A stretch of 64,000 bases of DNA from Amoebidium appalachense (GCA_963693365.1 CAVNZM010000011.1:868001-932000); one strand, 5' to 3'; positions 1 through 23,601 are shown, counted from the first letter of the stretch. A program made the numbers and translations. The notes: generated by a model not told the origin, from the letters alone.

Positions 1-1
1 T

Positions 2-110
2 GGGGGGGGGACATTGGTTTTTTTTTTTTTTTTTTTTTTTGGGGGGGGGGGGGGGGAGGAAGATAAAATTTGCGGGGGTGGGGGGGGGGACATTGGTTTT
101 TTTTTTTGTT

Positions 111-147
<37 letters not shown>

Positions 148-210
148 GGGCATTGGGTTTTGGTGGGCGAGGGGAGGGAGGGGGCGGGGGGGAATTGGTT
201 TTTTTCTTTT

Positions 211-241
<31 letters not shown>

Positions 242-422
242 GGCATTGGTTTGTTTGCCTTTTAGGGGGGGAGAAAGGGGGGGGGGGGGGGGGGGGGGGA
301 GGGACATTGGTTTGTTCGTCTTTTTTTTTTTTCTTTGGGGGAAAAGGGGGGGGGGGGGGGGGGGGGGGGGGCATGGGTTTGTTCGCTTCTTTTTCTTTTC
401 TTTTCTTTTTTTTTTCCTTTCC

Positions 423-455
<33 letters not shown>

Positions 456-458
456 GGC
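2..458. repeat. Degenerate minisatellite of G-run + CATTGG-like core + T-run
   Basis: About 7-8 units of (G)n-A/G-CATTGG-(T)n with variable homopolymer lengths. Confidence 0.7.
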
Positions 459-727
459 TATCTGATGCCAACCTATTTTCGGCACATATACAACACATAC
501 CTAAAACACACACAACCATAAAAGGAAGCAATCGGCAACTCAGCAGCATTCATACCTGTCAGGATTGCACAAGCAGACTGCTCTCAGGGTTGCCCGGTAT
601 AGGCTTCTGTCGGGAAATACTGTCTCTGTCGAAACACATTTCTTTCGTGTCTGGTGATTTATTTTTCGTCATCTAGATTTAGATGAGGCTGCCTCTGTTC
701 AACATCTGATCGGGAATTGTGGCACAG

Positions 728-3612
<2,885 letters not shown>

Positions 3613-4646
3613 TGGGGGGAGGATTTAGTGTGATGGATGGAGAGGTGGGGAGATGCACCTGTGGCTGCATGCACACAGCATTGCATGGACATGAAAACAC
3701 CAGCACGGTGTTTCTGTCTGTCGGCACTTTCTACATTCTCCCTCTCTCTTTCTGTCTCTGTCTTTCTCTTTCTCGTGCTCTCTCCTCCTTCTCACCCCCC
3801 GTTCTTTCTCCCCTGGTATTGCCAATATCTTGGTTCTTTCATTTTAGCTTAAGCTGCTCGCTTTGCACCTGCTCCTAGGCACATACAATAACTGACACAC
3901 ACAATGAGCGAATGTTTTGATTTCCACGTACGATTTTCTTTTTATTTCCCATGTGCCTCGCCTTTTTCTTAAGGTCAGGGGAATGATGTTGCACTAGGGG
4001 GGCAGCTGGATTGGGAAAGTTCTTGGTTTTGCCGGTTGTTGTGTGTGTGTGGTGGTGGTGGTGGTGGGTTGGAAGGGGGGAGGGGGGGGGGGGGGAGGGG
4101 GGGGGGGAGGGGGGGGGGGGGGGCACGGTTATGCATCGAAATAGTGGATTGATGCTTATGTTGAGATGTTCTGTTCGGCCGCTCTTTGGTTCGTCAATTG
4201 GGTATGAAAGTTAACCAGGATGGTATTGACTGTGGTTATTTGGGCGCATACTGTGTTATTCTTGATGATCATGAATATAGGTTGCTTTAATTCTTGGTGA
4301 TCATGAATATAGATTGTTCCTTTTCTAGTTTCTCTATCATCCTAACACTACCAGCACACAACTCCTCCAAATATTCACGACGTGTGTCTGCACGTACACC
4401 CCCCACCAACTGCATAAGATCGAACAGTGCCCTAAGAGAGAACATAACGGCCCCTTTTGTCATATTTTCCCTTAGCACCACCTTAACAAGAGCACCTATA
4501 GCCCCACATGATATGAGGCGCTGTGCCTGGGCCCATGTGCCCCTGGCTAGCATGGTGCCTTGCTCCTGAATCACATCTGTGTCTGATTCCTCACGTAGGA
4601 GCTTGACAATAGTGGGGAAGGCTTTGGCATTAAGCACCAGCTGTGT

Positions 4647-4677
<31 letters not shown>

Positions 4678-4751
4678 GGGGGGGAGGGGGGGGGGGGAGG
4701 GGGAAGGGTGTTTTTCTTCTTCTTTTTCTTTTTCTTTCTTTCTTTCTTTCC

Positions 4752-4816
<65 letters not shown>

Positions 4817-4943
4817 CGCGCACGGTGTGCCACACGTACTGCAGCAGATGTGTGTATGTTTGTGTGTGTATGTCATGGTTACACTGCATTCTTGTTCCCG
4901 TTCAAATGCAGGTGTGCTGGGATGTCGTGCAAAACACCCATGC

Positions 4944-4974
<31 letters not shown>

Positions 4975-5702
4975 TTCCCCTCCCCCCCCAACCACACACA
5001 CACACAAACACACACAAAAACATACACAAGTCCACACACTCCAGGCCACACCCAAACCAGTACTTATCAAACCGGCTAAACCTACACACAAAAAAACAGT
5101 GCGGGCACATGCACGTGTATCTCTAGAGCACATGGTTGCCGCCCAAATGCACACTCACACACTTGCACATCCTATCTACCTAGGTGCATCCCACAAACCC
5201 ACCCACACCCACACCTCTCTATGTAGCAACCACACTCAGACCCTGTCAAACGCACAGGCACAAAATTCATCTCCCCCGCTCCCCCTCCTGCCCCCCCTTT
5301 ACCCCCCACCAAAAAAGAAGTGAACCAAGGGGTGGGGGGGTGGGGGGGGGAGAGGGGGTTGGGGAGGATACTCAACAGCCTTCTAATGAGACCGCAGTAA
5401 CCCCATACTGATTTTTTTTTGCCCAACAAAGAACACCCTATCCCCCCCCCCCCCCCCCCCCCCCCCCGTCACCATACAGACACACACACACACACCTGTA
5501 CGTAATGCCGTGATTCCACAAATGTTGCCGATTGTCCAGGCTGCATTCAACCTTGCATTTGCAATGTCCGACCCAAGCAGAGGAACGAGGTTCGGTACCA
5601 ACCCCAGCCCGACAGCTGCGTGCATGTGTTTGAGTGATCGGCCCACTATGTGGGCAAGGGCGCGCATTGCATTGGCCTGTGAATGGGGGGGAGAGGGGGA
5701 AT

Positions 5703-5795
5703 GGGGGGTTTGAATGCGTCAAAGAGTACGAAGTGCACAAGAACGAACGGATAACACGATGCAGAATGCAAGCCATACATAAAGAGTATGCATAA
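5703..5795 (-). repeat. ~90-bp dispersed intronic repeat, copy 1
   Basis: Reverse complement closely matches 20416-20508 (TATGCATACTCTTTATGTAT.GCTTGCATTCTGCATCGTGTTATCCG...TTTGACGCATTCAAACCCCCC). Confidence 0.85.
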
Positions 5796-5938
5796 GAGAG
5801 GGGAAGGGGGGAGGAAGGGGGGAGGGGGAGAGGTGTGTGTGTGTGGGGGGAGGGGGGGAGGGGGGGGGGAAGATGGTGTCAGTCAGGGGGTTTGAACTTA
5901 ACACATACACGATACAAGAGGCTTTGGCTGCCCTCAAG

Positions 5939-6005
<67 letters not shown>

Positions 6006-6382
6006 ACACACAAACCCACACACACCGATAATGACCGACAAATTGATCTCAGCCTGCTACAATCTAGGCAGAGATGGATGACGTGTGGCAATGAGTAATG
6101 AGGTATGTGTATTAGCTGCAAGCTGATAGACCAACTTGTAAGATTATGTCTAAACGAGAGCACAACCCGACACAGCACATGTATCATCAATCCTTCTCCC
6201 CCCCCAAGTCTCCAAGGCTATGTACCCACTGGCTTACGTAAGTGGCCGGGCACTACTACGCCGGGGGACCTGCGGCAACATTAAAAAAAAAAAAAAAAGA
6301 AAGAAAGAGAAAAAAGAAAAAAAAGAAAGAAAGAGAAAAAAAAAAAAAAGAGGCCGCACGGTAGACAGCACTCAGAGTGACT

Positions 6383-6423
<41 letters not shown>

Positions 6424-6869
6424 AAAAACACCTCTCTTTCCACCAGCCTCTCTCCACACACACAACCTTGGCCCATTCACCACCACCACACCACCACCAC
6501 CAGTGCACACCTAGAAGTACCCCACCAAATGTAGCCTCCCCAGGCAACAGAGAAATTAAAGAAACACACACCATCAAGGCCCCACCCACCTGCACCCCCG
6601 AGTCCTTAACCATTAATAGGCCCACCAGCGACTGCACCAAACCGGTATTTTTCTCTAACAGCGTCTCAATTGTTGCTGTTTCCCCCATGACCCCGCTCAA
6701 TCCCCAGCAGGCCTTGGCTACGACGTCTAGGGGGATGCCCTTTCTTTGGGCACGAAGCACCCACACCAGCCCAGACACAATGTCTAATCGCAGGGGTAGA
6801 GGGGGTAGGGGCTCAATTGAGATAAGGTTCGTGAGGGTGTGCAGGGCACTGCGCCGTGCAGAGATTGTG

Positions 6870-6964
<95 letters not shown>

Positions 6965-7002
6965 GTGCGCGTGCGCGTGTGTTTATGCGTGTGTGTGTGT
7001 GT

Positions 7003-7041
<39 letters not shown>

Positions 7042-8757
7042 GGTCTACGGGCATGTGTGCATATGTATGCGTGTGTTTGGGTGTGGAGGAGGAGGGGGGG
7101 GGGGGGGGGAGCGGAGGGGGGGGAGGCAGGTTAGTTTAGCAAAAACGAACAATTTGGGCCATGATGGGTTCACAGCCATGCACGGTGAGAGATTTCCATA
7201 GGAGCGCATGAGGCTGAAGTGAGGAATGCAGCCCCCCTCCCCCCCCCCCCCCCCCACCCTTCTCCCCCCCCCCCCCCCCTTCCTCCAACCCCCCCCCCCC
7301 CCCCACCCTTCTCCCCCCCCCCCCCCCCTTCCTCCAACCCCCCTCCCCCCCCCCCCCCCCCCCCGGGAAACAGTTGGACTAGTTAGGATAAGGCAGAGTA
7401 CAACTGAATCAAAATAAAGACAGAGAACGGGTAGAAAGGCACACGCGGCCAGGTTGCTTTTACTATGGGCCGACTCAGTCTGTCTCAGACTGAAGTGAAG
7501 TGATCCCCGTACTGGGACGGCTTTGTTATATAGCCCCCAGGTTTCGGATCAAGGCCCAGGACCGCGGTCAGCGCGGGTGGCAACATGCCATTCGTGATTC
7601 TGGTGCGGTCCGAGCCAGTCAGACCTTCGTCCTATTTATGCAAACCTTTATTGGTCACCTTCGTTTATGTGGTATGCAGCGGTAGAACCATACATGGTTC
7701 ACTTCTTAGGTAAGAGTGATTCCTATTAACACCCGGACATAATATTTATGTGACATTCATGGCAAAGCACGAATCGTGTGCTATCGGTTCCCATTCTTTA
7801 GTAAACATGTACAGCTCGTGTGTACAGTTGTTTACACCCCCCCGCACGCCCTTCTCCCCCTTTCCTCAATTAAAAAAAAAAAAAAAAAAAAAGGGAGAAG
7901 AAGGACCAGTAAAGCTAGATTATTACTATTACATACCACCATACCCTCTGCAAGACCATTCTGCCTTAACAGGCTATCAACAACCTCTTATCCATCTTCT
8001 CCCCTCTACCCTGTCTATTCATTAACCCACCACGCACCTCTTCCTCCCCCCAATAAGTCTCAACAGGGAGGGCACCACACCCGCACCCAACACCAAGTCA
8101 CGTGCCTCCCTGCTGTCCCCCGCTATGTTTCCGAGACACAGCGCTGCAGAGTCTTTATCATCCATATCTGTCTGCTGATTGGCTAGCAGCATGGCTAGAG
8201 GCGGTATCACCCCTGTGTGTGTTCACCCAGGCAGGCGGGAGAGGGCAAGGGAGGAGGGGAGGGAAGAGGTGTAGGGAGGATGGGGGAGGGGGGGGGGGAG
8301 GGGAGGGGGGTAGTTTAAAGAGAAGTTAATAACACGGCATGTTTTTCACTGTCATATGATAGCATTGAATGTTGGGGTTTACACACTTTTTATTGCGTGG
8401 ACACTGCCGGAGGGAGGCCCAGCCACATTCGACGGCCTACTGCGTTTTTCAGCGCAGCCAATCAAATGCAGCCAGTGACATATGTACATGCTAGGCAACA
8501 ATGAGCGCCATCGTAATTGAATGTTCCAATCGGCATGGGTCTGCTAGAGCCCTTCAAAAATCGAATAAAAAAGTATAAGAACTATTGGTGCAGATACCAG
8601 AGCTCATACATACAGGCATGCCAAATTCAGGGATTAGATTGGGAAAAGGGCAAAAAAAAATGCCGCGGCAACGTCTTTGTTACCTGCGCTTCTAAGCCCC
8701 CCTTGCCTCCACCACAGATCCACAGATACATCCCCCCCCCCCCCCCCCAAAAAAAAA

Positions 8758-8789
<32 letters not shown>

Positions 8790-8856
8790 AGGGGGGGAAA
8801 GGGAAAAGCAGCAACAAATGAAAAATATGTGTGCGTGACCGTGTGCACACGTGGGC

Positions 8857-8954
<98 letters not shown>

Positions 8955-9344
8955 CACACACACATACATACACACCGACTGCACGGACAAGCGGATACAA
9001 TTACGGACCAACCCATAACGTGCACACAAACACCACCTCCACATTTATCTATCAATAGCACCCGGTCAATAGGAATCCACAGATAAGCATAATAATGCCT
9101 CGGGATCTAGCTTCCACACAGCACGCAGATATTGGTTGTGAAGGTATGAGTATGAATGGTAAGCCCTAGCAACCCACCCACCTGCATCAATGACCCTTTG
9201 CGCCTGTTCGGTAGTGCTGCAGACCAAGTTTGAGAGTGCACACAGTGCCTCGGGCAAGAACCTTGCAAATCCTGTGTCTCTTTTAGACTGCTAACGAGGT
9301 ATACGGGAGTAGGCCAGCATCCAGCACCATACCGATGACCAAAC

Positions 9345-12300
9345 CGATGCCTAATTTATCCTTCTTCTTCTGGAATGCTCGGACACTGGGCCCCCAAAAG
9401 GGCCTCCCCCCCGGGACACTCGACGATAAAATCAGCTACATACAACAACAGACAAACAACCACACGTTTACAGTGATTTGCGAAACACAGTTTAAAAACC
9501 ACCACAAATTCAACTCTACATTGGTCGACACATCCACACACCCCGGTTACGCGAAAAACCGAGGCATTATTGTACTTGCCGCACCACACGTGAGAGTGAA
9601 GTGCAAACCGGTAGCAAAAACGGAATTCTCGGTTTCTATAGAGTTTCTTTCTAATGTTTTTACTTTTGTATATTACCCACCATCTATGTCGGTTGTCGAA
9701 TTGACTCACGAGTTGTCACAGTTACCAATGTCCACTGTTATTTTAGGTGATTTTAACACGCGACTCCACCACACAGACACACTGCAAGTGAGTGTCGGGT
9801 ACCCATCTAAGCCCCCGGAGCGTGCTATCCCTTTAGCAAGGTATGTCCAAAGTCACACTTTGCGGTTCCCTCAAATATCCCATGCCCACAACACCGACTG
9901 GGGAGTGGCCTTTTGGCCATCAACCATGTCAAAACTCTCTCTCCCTCCTAACCTCTCTAGGTCATCTGACCACTCTCCTATCCTTTTCCTACCTAAGATC
10001 TCCCTTGATCTGCTCCCCCCTCCCCCTCCCACCTTTCGCCTCCGTCTATCCCAGCTTAAGTCACAGTGGGGTAGAGTTGATGTATGTGTATGCTATGCTA
10101 CGAAACACCCTATATATATGCGCCTATTAGAATCTGCACAAGCCAGGCCAGATTCACATCTCGTACTAGATACATGCACTAACTTTATTGTTGATGATTT
10201 GATAGATCTCGGTGATTATGCTGGCGGTGGTAGGAAGGAATATCCCGATGCTCTCTTGTTACCAAACACCACTCCCGCTAGACTAGGTGAACCCCTGTCT
10301 CAAAAGGAAAGCTTGCGCCGGCTTGCTAGTATGAATCGATTTGGCCCCCCTGCTCGTATTATTGGTGATACCACTGGAGACCCCCTCATAGACTCTGATA
10401 AGTATTTCTCGGAACTGTTTAAAGATAGGACCCCCGCTCAGAAACCTATTGTGTGGCCTGTAGACCCATCTATCCCCATAGAATCGATCCTCCCCTTTTT
10501 CAGTCCCGATGCCATATGGTCTGTGATATCTAGTTATAGCTCTAGTAAGTCTTGTGGACCTGATGGACTCCCTGCTGGGTTTCTTAAAATCCTTGTTCCC
10601 TCCTACCCACAAAAGGAAAGTGATCGTGCTATTAAACCTGATCTTACTATCATGTTAAGCTCTCTCTTTTCTTGGTGTGTTAAATGTGGACATGTCCCGT
10701 CATCTTGGTTAGATACCTTAGTGATCCCCATAGTTAAGAAGGACTCTGAGGGCCCCATATCATCCTTTCGCCCCATTACACTAACCCAGGTTGTTCGTAG
10801 ATTCTTTGAAGCTTGCTTACTTAGGTTATTTGCACATCACCCTAGGTTTCAATCTATTCTTCACATACACCCATGCCAATCCGCTTTTCGTAAAAACAAT
10901 TCATGTTATGTTCAAATAATGGCACTGCACGATTCTATGCAAGTTGGTGCACAATATGTTGGCTTTATTGATTGGAAAACTGCTTACGATTCTGTCTCCC
11001 CTGGTCTCCTATGGGAAAAGCTTGCTGCACGGGGTGTACCACACTGCATTGGTGTTCTGTTAGAAGCACTCTTGTCTCAAACCTATGGTAGAGCTGTGGT
11101 TAATGGGCATCTTTCATATGGTTTTGCTCGTACTAGAGGTCTCTTGCAGGGTTCATTGCTTAGCCCCTTTTTGTTTAACCTATTTATAGATGATTTGGCT
11201 GTCAAGATTTACGCCGAAAACGATGACCCTATTAATAACTTTCCGCCTGCACTTCTCTATGCTGATGATCTGTCCCTCCTTGCCCGTACCCCTAGACGCC
11301 TGCAAAGATTGTTCGATGTAGTGTCAGAGTGGTGCAAGGCAAACCTTATGATCCTTAACATAGACAAATGTGGTGTTCTTGTACCTGATATAGCTAACAA
11401 TTTACACACATTTACATTATCATCTAAACCTGTACCTATAGTTCCAGAATACAAATATCTTGGTGTTCCGGTTGATTCTGTTGGTGTTATGTTTCCCCAT
11501 ATGGTCGAAAAGAGGGTAGAGTTGGCTCGTAAGCGGTTAGCTTTCTTCTCGGCTAATATTTTTAAAGACACACCCCTCCATCCTTCTATTAGACTTACAT
11601 TTATTCGCACTTTTGTCTTCCCGGCATGTGAATATGGTTTACCCCTTCTCGCCGCTTGGATCAAGAAAGAGAGAACTAGAGCGCTTAAACCCTTGGCAAA
11701 TTTCCTTGAAGCAGAAGTTGCCTCCTTTCTATCTAACAGCTGTTGTAAACCTGGGCCTGTAACGCTCTCGATATATGGTCTGGTCCCAATAGCTGCTAGA
11801 GTATCCTATCTCGCGCTGAAATTCAATAAGCACATAAGCCGCTTAAAGAAGTATTTGCCCTCCCACCCTCTCTTCTCTATCCGACCTGTCCCCTCCTCAC
11901 CTCTCCCCTCTTTCCTCCCCTCTCTCTCCCCTTCTCCCCTGGGCACAAATACAAATAAACCCCGCAATAGTGTGTGTGTGACTTTGGACTGCCACTTACT
12001 TATTAAACATGTACACAATCACAAGATAATCACGCAATATAACAAATGGAAAAAGATACCACACGACACTAGACCCGATGAAAGCATACACCTTGAAAAA
12101 CTAAGCCTTATGTCTCGTTTTATATATACTGACCGCCTCAACCATATTGCCAAATATGGCACTCGCAAGTGTATAACACCTAAATACATATTACCTTCCT
12201 GTAGAACTGGTCTTTCTCTAGCTGATGGTATTATTGATCAATTACCACGCTTTTACTGTACACGTGCTATACAGTGGAGATCTAATAAGTATAAGGTGGC

Positions 12301-12545
12301 ATCATTTGCATGCCCAAACAACACACACACACACCAGTTTAACCGGTCATGTATCGCCAAATGTAGTTTGATAGACCACATAATACCGCAACACACACAC
12401 GTCACATTCACAACAGACACCCAGAAAGATAGCCTACCTGTAAATTACAACATCCTTGATTTTATACTAAACACGCGTAACTACGACCTGTTTATTAGAT
12501 GTATTGATTGGCTTGAGAAACACATCACTACAAAATTATAGCGCA

Positions 12546-12614
<69 letters not shown>

Positions 12615-12646
12615 CCAGCTGATACCGAGTGTCCCGAGGGGAGCCC

Positions 12647-12690
<44 letters not shown>
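9345..12690 (+). mobile_element. Non-LTR retrotransposon (LINE) with a single APE-endonuclease + RT ORF, (CA)n in the 3' UTR and a poly(A) tail
   Basis: Intact ORF, short 3' UTR, A-tract 12651-12690, candidate 4-bp TSD AAAC (9341-9344 and 12688-12691). Flanks rejoin into an in-frame ARM exon on the minus strand. Confidence 0.93.
9347..12541 (+). CDS. LINE endonuclease/reverse transcriptase polyprotein (~1064 aa)
   Basis: APE motifs WNARTL, ICETQ, VYYPP, LGDFN, SDHSPI. RT motifs KSCGPDGLP, FRPITL, QSAFRK, FIDWKTAYDSV, GLLQGSLLSPFLFNLFIDDL, YADD, YKYLGV. C-terminal Cys/His cluster. The ORF track start at 9335 lies in host flank; the element's own ATG is probably 9347. Confidence 0.95.
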   Translation: MPNLSFFFWNARTLGPQKGLPPGTLDDKISYIQQQTNNHTFTVICETQFKNHHKFNSTLVDTSTHPGYAKNRGIIVLAAPHVRVKCKPVAKTEFSVSIEFLSNVFTFVYYPPSMSVVELTHELSQLPMSTVILGDFNTRLHHTDTLQVSVGYPSKPPERAIPLARYVQSHTLRFPQISHAHNTDWGVAFWPSTMSKLSLPPNLSRSSDHSPILFLPKISLDLLPPPPPTFRLRLSQLKSQWGRVDVCVCYATKHPIYMRLLESAQARPDSHLVLDTCTNFIVDDLIDLGDYAGGGRKEYPDALLLPNTTPARLGEPLSQKESLRRLASMNRFGPPARIIGDTTGDPLIDSDKYFSELFKDRTPAQKPIVWPVDPSIPIESILPFFSPDAIWSVISSYSSSKSCGPDGLPAGFLKILVPSYPQKESDRAIKPDLTIMLSSLFSWCVKCGHVPSSWLDTLVIPIVKKDSEGPISSFRPITLTQVVRRFFEACLLRLFAHHPRFQSILHIHPCQSAFRKNNSCYVQIMALHDSMQVGAQYVGFIDWKTAYDSVSPGLLWEKLAARGVPHCIGVLLEALLSQTYGRAVVNGHLSYGFARTRGLLQGSLLSPFLFNLFIDDLAVKIYAENDDPINNFPPALLYADDLSLLARTPRRLQRLFDVVSEWCKANLMILNIDKCGVLVPDIANNLHTFTLSSKPVPIVPEYKYLGVPVDSVGVMFPHMVEKRVELARKRLAFFSANIFKDTPLHPSIRLTFIRTFVFPACEYGLPLLAAWIKKERTRALKPLANFLEAEVASFLSNSCCKPGPVTLSIYGLVPIAARVSYLALKFNKHISRLKKYLPSHPLFSIRPVPSSPLPSFLPSLSPSPLGTNTNKPRNSVCVTLDCHLLIKHVHNHKIITQYNKWKKIPHDTRPDESIHLEKLSLMSRFIYTDRLNHIAKYGTRKCITPKYILPSCRTGLSLADGIIDQLPRFYCTRAIQWRSNKYKVASFACPNNTHTHQFNRSCIAKCSLIDHIIPQHTHVTFTTDTQKDSLPVNYNILDFILNTRNYDLFIRCIDWLEKHITTKL

Positions 12691-12691
<1 letters not shown>

Positions 12692-13195
12692 GGGGAACCC
12701 CAACTAATTGATTTCTCCTTGTAGTCTTTATGGTGTCTCGTAGAGAAAGTAAACCCTGATATATAGTCACCACCCGACATCTATGTACGTGATCATGATA
12801 TACCGCTGAGGGGATATTCCGAGCAAAACCCCCCCCCATACCTGAGACTGGTTCTCTTTGCCTCGAGTAAACAGCGTAAACCCCTTCCATATCTCTTGTC
12901 TTCGGTGGCCTTCGCAAGAGCAACCCTGAGCATATGACAGTTGTTAAATATGCGCCGTAGGACGGAGAAAAGAAGAAAACAGGAACCTCTCCAACCAACC
13001 ACTATCCCCCTTAATCATGCACAGATGTATATGCTTTGCTGAAAAAAACGCAGTATCTCTGCCAAATCCTTTACTTCCCCCTGTCCCACATACACCCTTA
13101 GACGCACTCCTAATCGTTCGTCTCCATTACTCAAGACCCATACCCACACACAGGGAGACACAGAGGGCGTACGAGCGGGCGCGAGTGCGCGCGCG

Positions 13196-13326
<131 letters not shown>

Positions 13327-13919
13327 ACACGCACACACATACAAAACCTCTCAGGCCCCCTGCCAAGCACCTCGAGCCCCTCCCCTCCTCCCTCTCCCTC
13401 GTTCTCCCGCTTTGCTTCTCCGCCAATCCTCCCCACCCCAGCACACACGTACACCTAATAACTACCCCACAACGACACAGTTTTGGTACAAACAAAAAGT
13501 AAAGAGCCACAACGTTAAAGAGGGCAAAACCTGTTGTCAACAAAATGCGCTGGTTTTTGTTCGAGCCTACAACAGGGTAGATCCTCGACCAATCACAGGC
13601 CAAAAAAGCCAGTAAACAACACGTTCATAGAGCTGTAACCCATGTCTGCGGGCCTTTAGGCACACCTTAATATCTCATGTAGCGCCTGGTAAACGAGCTC
13701 TGCAGATCCGTTTTCGTTCAAAACCCTGTGGGCCATTGTGAGCCTGTCCGGAAGAGAGAGGCTCTCCCAGTCTACCTCCTGTTTTCCACCATCTTACCGC
13801 CCCCTTTTACCTCTTTATGATTGCAGCTACCAGCTAGGCCTATTTCTCATAATTTTTTCCGGGATCAGTAGTGGCAGTAGGGCCTACGTAGGGAGGCCTT
13901 CGGATGTGCGAGTGTTGCA

Positions 13920-14011
13920 TTTGATTGGTCGTATAATGCAATAGCCATATATAGCCACTTGGCGCCAAAAATCTTTCAATAAAATTTCCTCAGCCTGACA
14001 GCATGACGTCA
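13920..14011. promoter_or_regulatory. Putative bidirectional promoter with reverse CCAAT, TATA-like, E2F-like and CRE motifs
   Basis: Lies between divergent starts (~13736 minus, 14166 plus). ATTGG at ~13924, TATAAT/TATATA at ~13932-13953, palindrome TTGGCGCCAA at 13959-13968, perfect TGACGTCA at 14004-14011. Confidence 0.45.
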
Positions 14012-14165
14012 GAGACAAGATAAGGACTGTTATGGCTCGGCTGCCAGCTGAGCCAGCCCTGCCATGTCAGAGACCCTACTGCAGCTCAGCCGGCCGCCTC
14101 CAGAGTGCAAGTTTTCCAGTTTTCAGCCACCCCAGCCAGGCTTCTTCCTTCCTTTTCTTTGAGCT

Positions 14166-21867
<7,702 letters not shown>

Positions 21868-22030
21868 ATAGAACTGAACACGTGACCTTAATAGTCACCC
21901 ATGGCATGAATGCCCCAAGTTTCCTTTTTCACTCTTTACTAGTTGCTTTTTGCTTTCTGATTGGCTTGTGGGATTTTGGCAAACAAGCGCATTGATGAAC
22001 CATGTTTCACACATGTGTACATGTGCAGGA

Positions 22031-22105
22031 AATAATCACTGGTTGTATGAGCAATAATCACTGGTTGTACGTGAACTGAGCAATAATCACTGGTTGTATG
22101 TGAAC
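22031..22105. repeat. Three direct copies of AATAATCACTGGTTGTA
   Basis: Seen directly downstream of the dehydratase stop codon, with variable short spacers. Confidence 0.8.
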
Positions 22106-22378
22106 CAAGTAATATGTCATCCTGTGAATGGATTTACATGCAACGGGGGGTATGCTCATGCAAAGCGACATACCTTTCACATCACCCCCTCCCCCCCCCC
22201 CCCCCCCCCCCCCCCCAAGGACCGTCCCCCACCACCCGTCCACCACAAACGGATGACGTGCAACTATCCATACACACTGGTGTGTGCGCGCGCACACGTA
22301 TTTGCGCTCGCGCGCACTCAAGCACACATACAGGCATGGGGGCGCACTGCATGTTCAGGCTTTTACATTCGTCCAAGT

Positions 22379-22495
22379 AAAATGGCACACTCGGACTGTC
22401 ATATACGGTCAAACATCTACCATATTCAAACATCTACCAGGGCAACACATATGGTAGATGTTTGACTGTATATGACAGTCCGAGTGTGCCATTTT
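22379..22495. repeat. Near-perfect inverted repeat (hairpin; ~47-bp arms, ~23-nt loop)
   Basis: AAAATGGCACACTCGGACTGTCATATACGGTCAAACATCTACCATAT pairs with ATATGGTAGATGTTTGACTGTATATGACAGTCCGAGTGTGCCATTTT, with one G:T mismatch. Confidence 0.92.
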
Positions 22496-23067
22496 CGCCT
22501 ACTTTTTCTAGTGGACACGCAGATAGCTGTGGTCTTGTTCTCTTGCGTATGCAAGTGTGCATGCATTGGTGTGTGCCGCTTGTGCGTGTGTGTGTGTGTT
22601 TGGGGGGGGGGGGGGGGGGGGGGGGGGAGGGGGGGGGGGTTCTACGCATTTTGCGCTTGCTAATCTCAAATCACGCATTTGCATGTGCATATTAAATACA
22701 TTTGGTTGCATGCATCACACTGTACACCACTTACAACCTTCCCCCCCCCCCCCCCCCCCCCCCTCCCCCCAAACAAACAAACAAACAAAAAAAAATAGAA
22801 AAGAAAAGAAAAAGGAAAAGGAAAAGAAAAAGAAAGAAGGGAAAGGAAAAGACATGCCCACTTGCTTGTAGCGCACATGGGAACACTATCACCCTATGTA
22901 CATACGCCGTTACAAAACCACCGCTGGCCATCCACATGAATATTCACACTACCGCCGCCATACGTACACACATGTCATACTCTCACCACCCTAAATATAC
23001 ATATCATTCACACCATCGACATCACCACCCTTTGCACACACGCCATGATATGTATGTGAGTGCATAC

Positions 23068-23282
23068 ACACCACCACCAATACTACATAATAAACACTGT
23101 TACACCACCACCAACACTACATAATAAACACTGTTACACCACCACCAATACTACATAATAAACACTGTTACACCACCACCAATACTACATAATAAACACT
23201 GTTACACCACCACCAATACTACATAATAAACACTGTTACACCACCACCAATACTACATAATAAACACTGTTACACCACCACC
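23068..23282. repeat. 34-bp minisatellite, ~6.3 copies
   Basis: Unit ACACCACCACCAATACTACATAATAAACACTGTT repeated head-to-tail with no unique spacers. Confidence 0.95.
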
Positions 23283-23601
23283 GCCACATGTACATATGCA
23301 CTGCACGGCGCCACTATGCCATGTGCCACCTAAGAATACCCCATATACCTATGTACAGTCGCACAGACACAAATGTGCAGCCCAACACATATACACCATC
23401 ACCGCTCTAATTGATACATTCATATTAACTGTACATCCCACCATCACCATATATATGTACATAGTATATAAACAGTTGCGGACTTCCTGCCCCACCTCCT
23501 TTGAAGTCACACCAAATCATTCCTAGGCCCTAGGGAATTCATCCACACACACACTGGGTTTTACAACTTGCTCTAATCGCGGTACAGTTTGCCGGCTTCA
23601 A

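Noticed and set aside
23068-23282. 34-bp repeats as a possible CRISPR array
   Set aside because: Repeats are contiguous with no unique spacers, there are no cas genes, and the context is eukaryotic.
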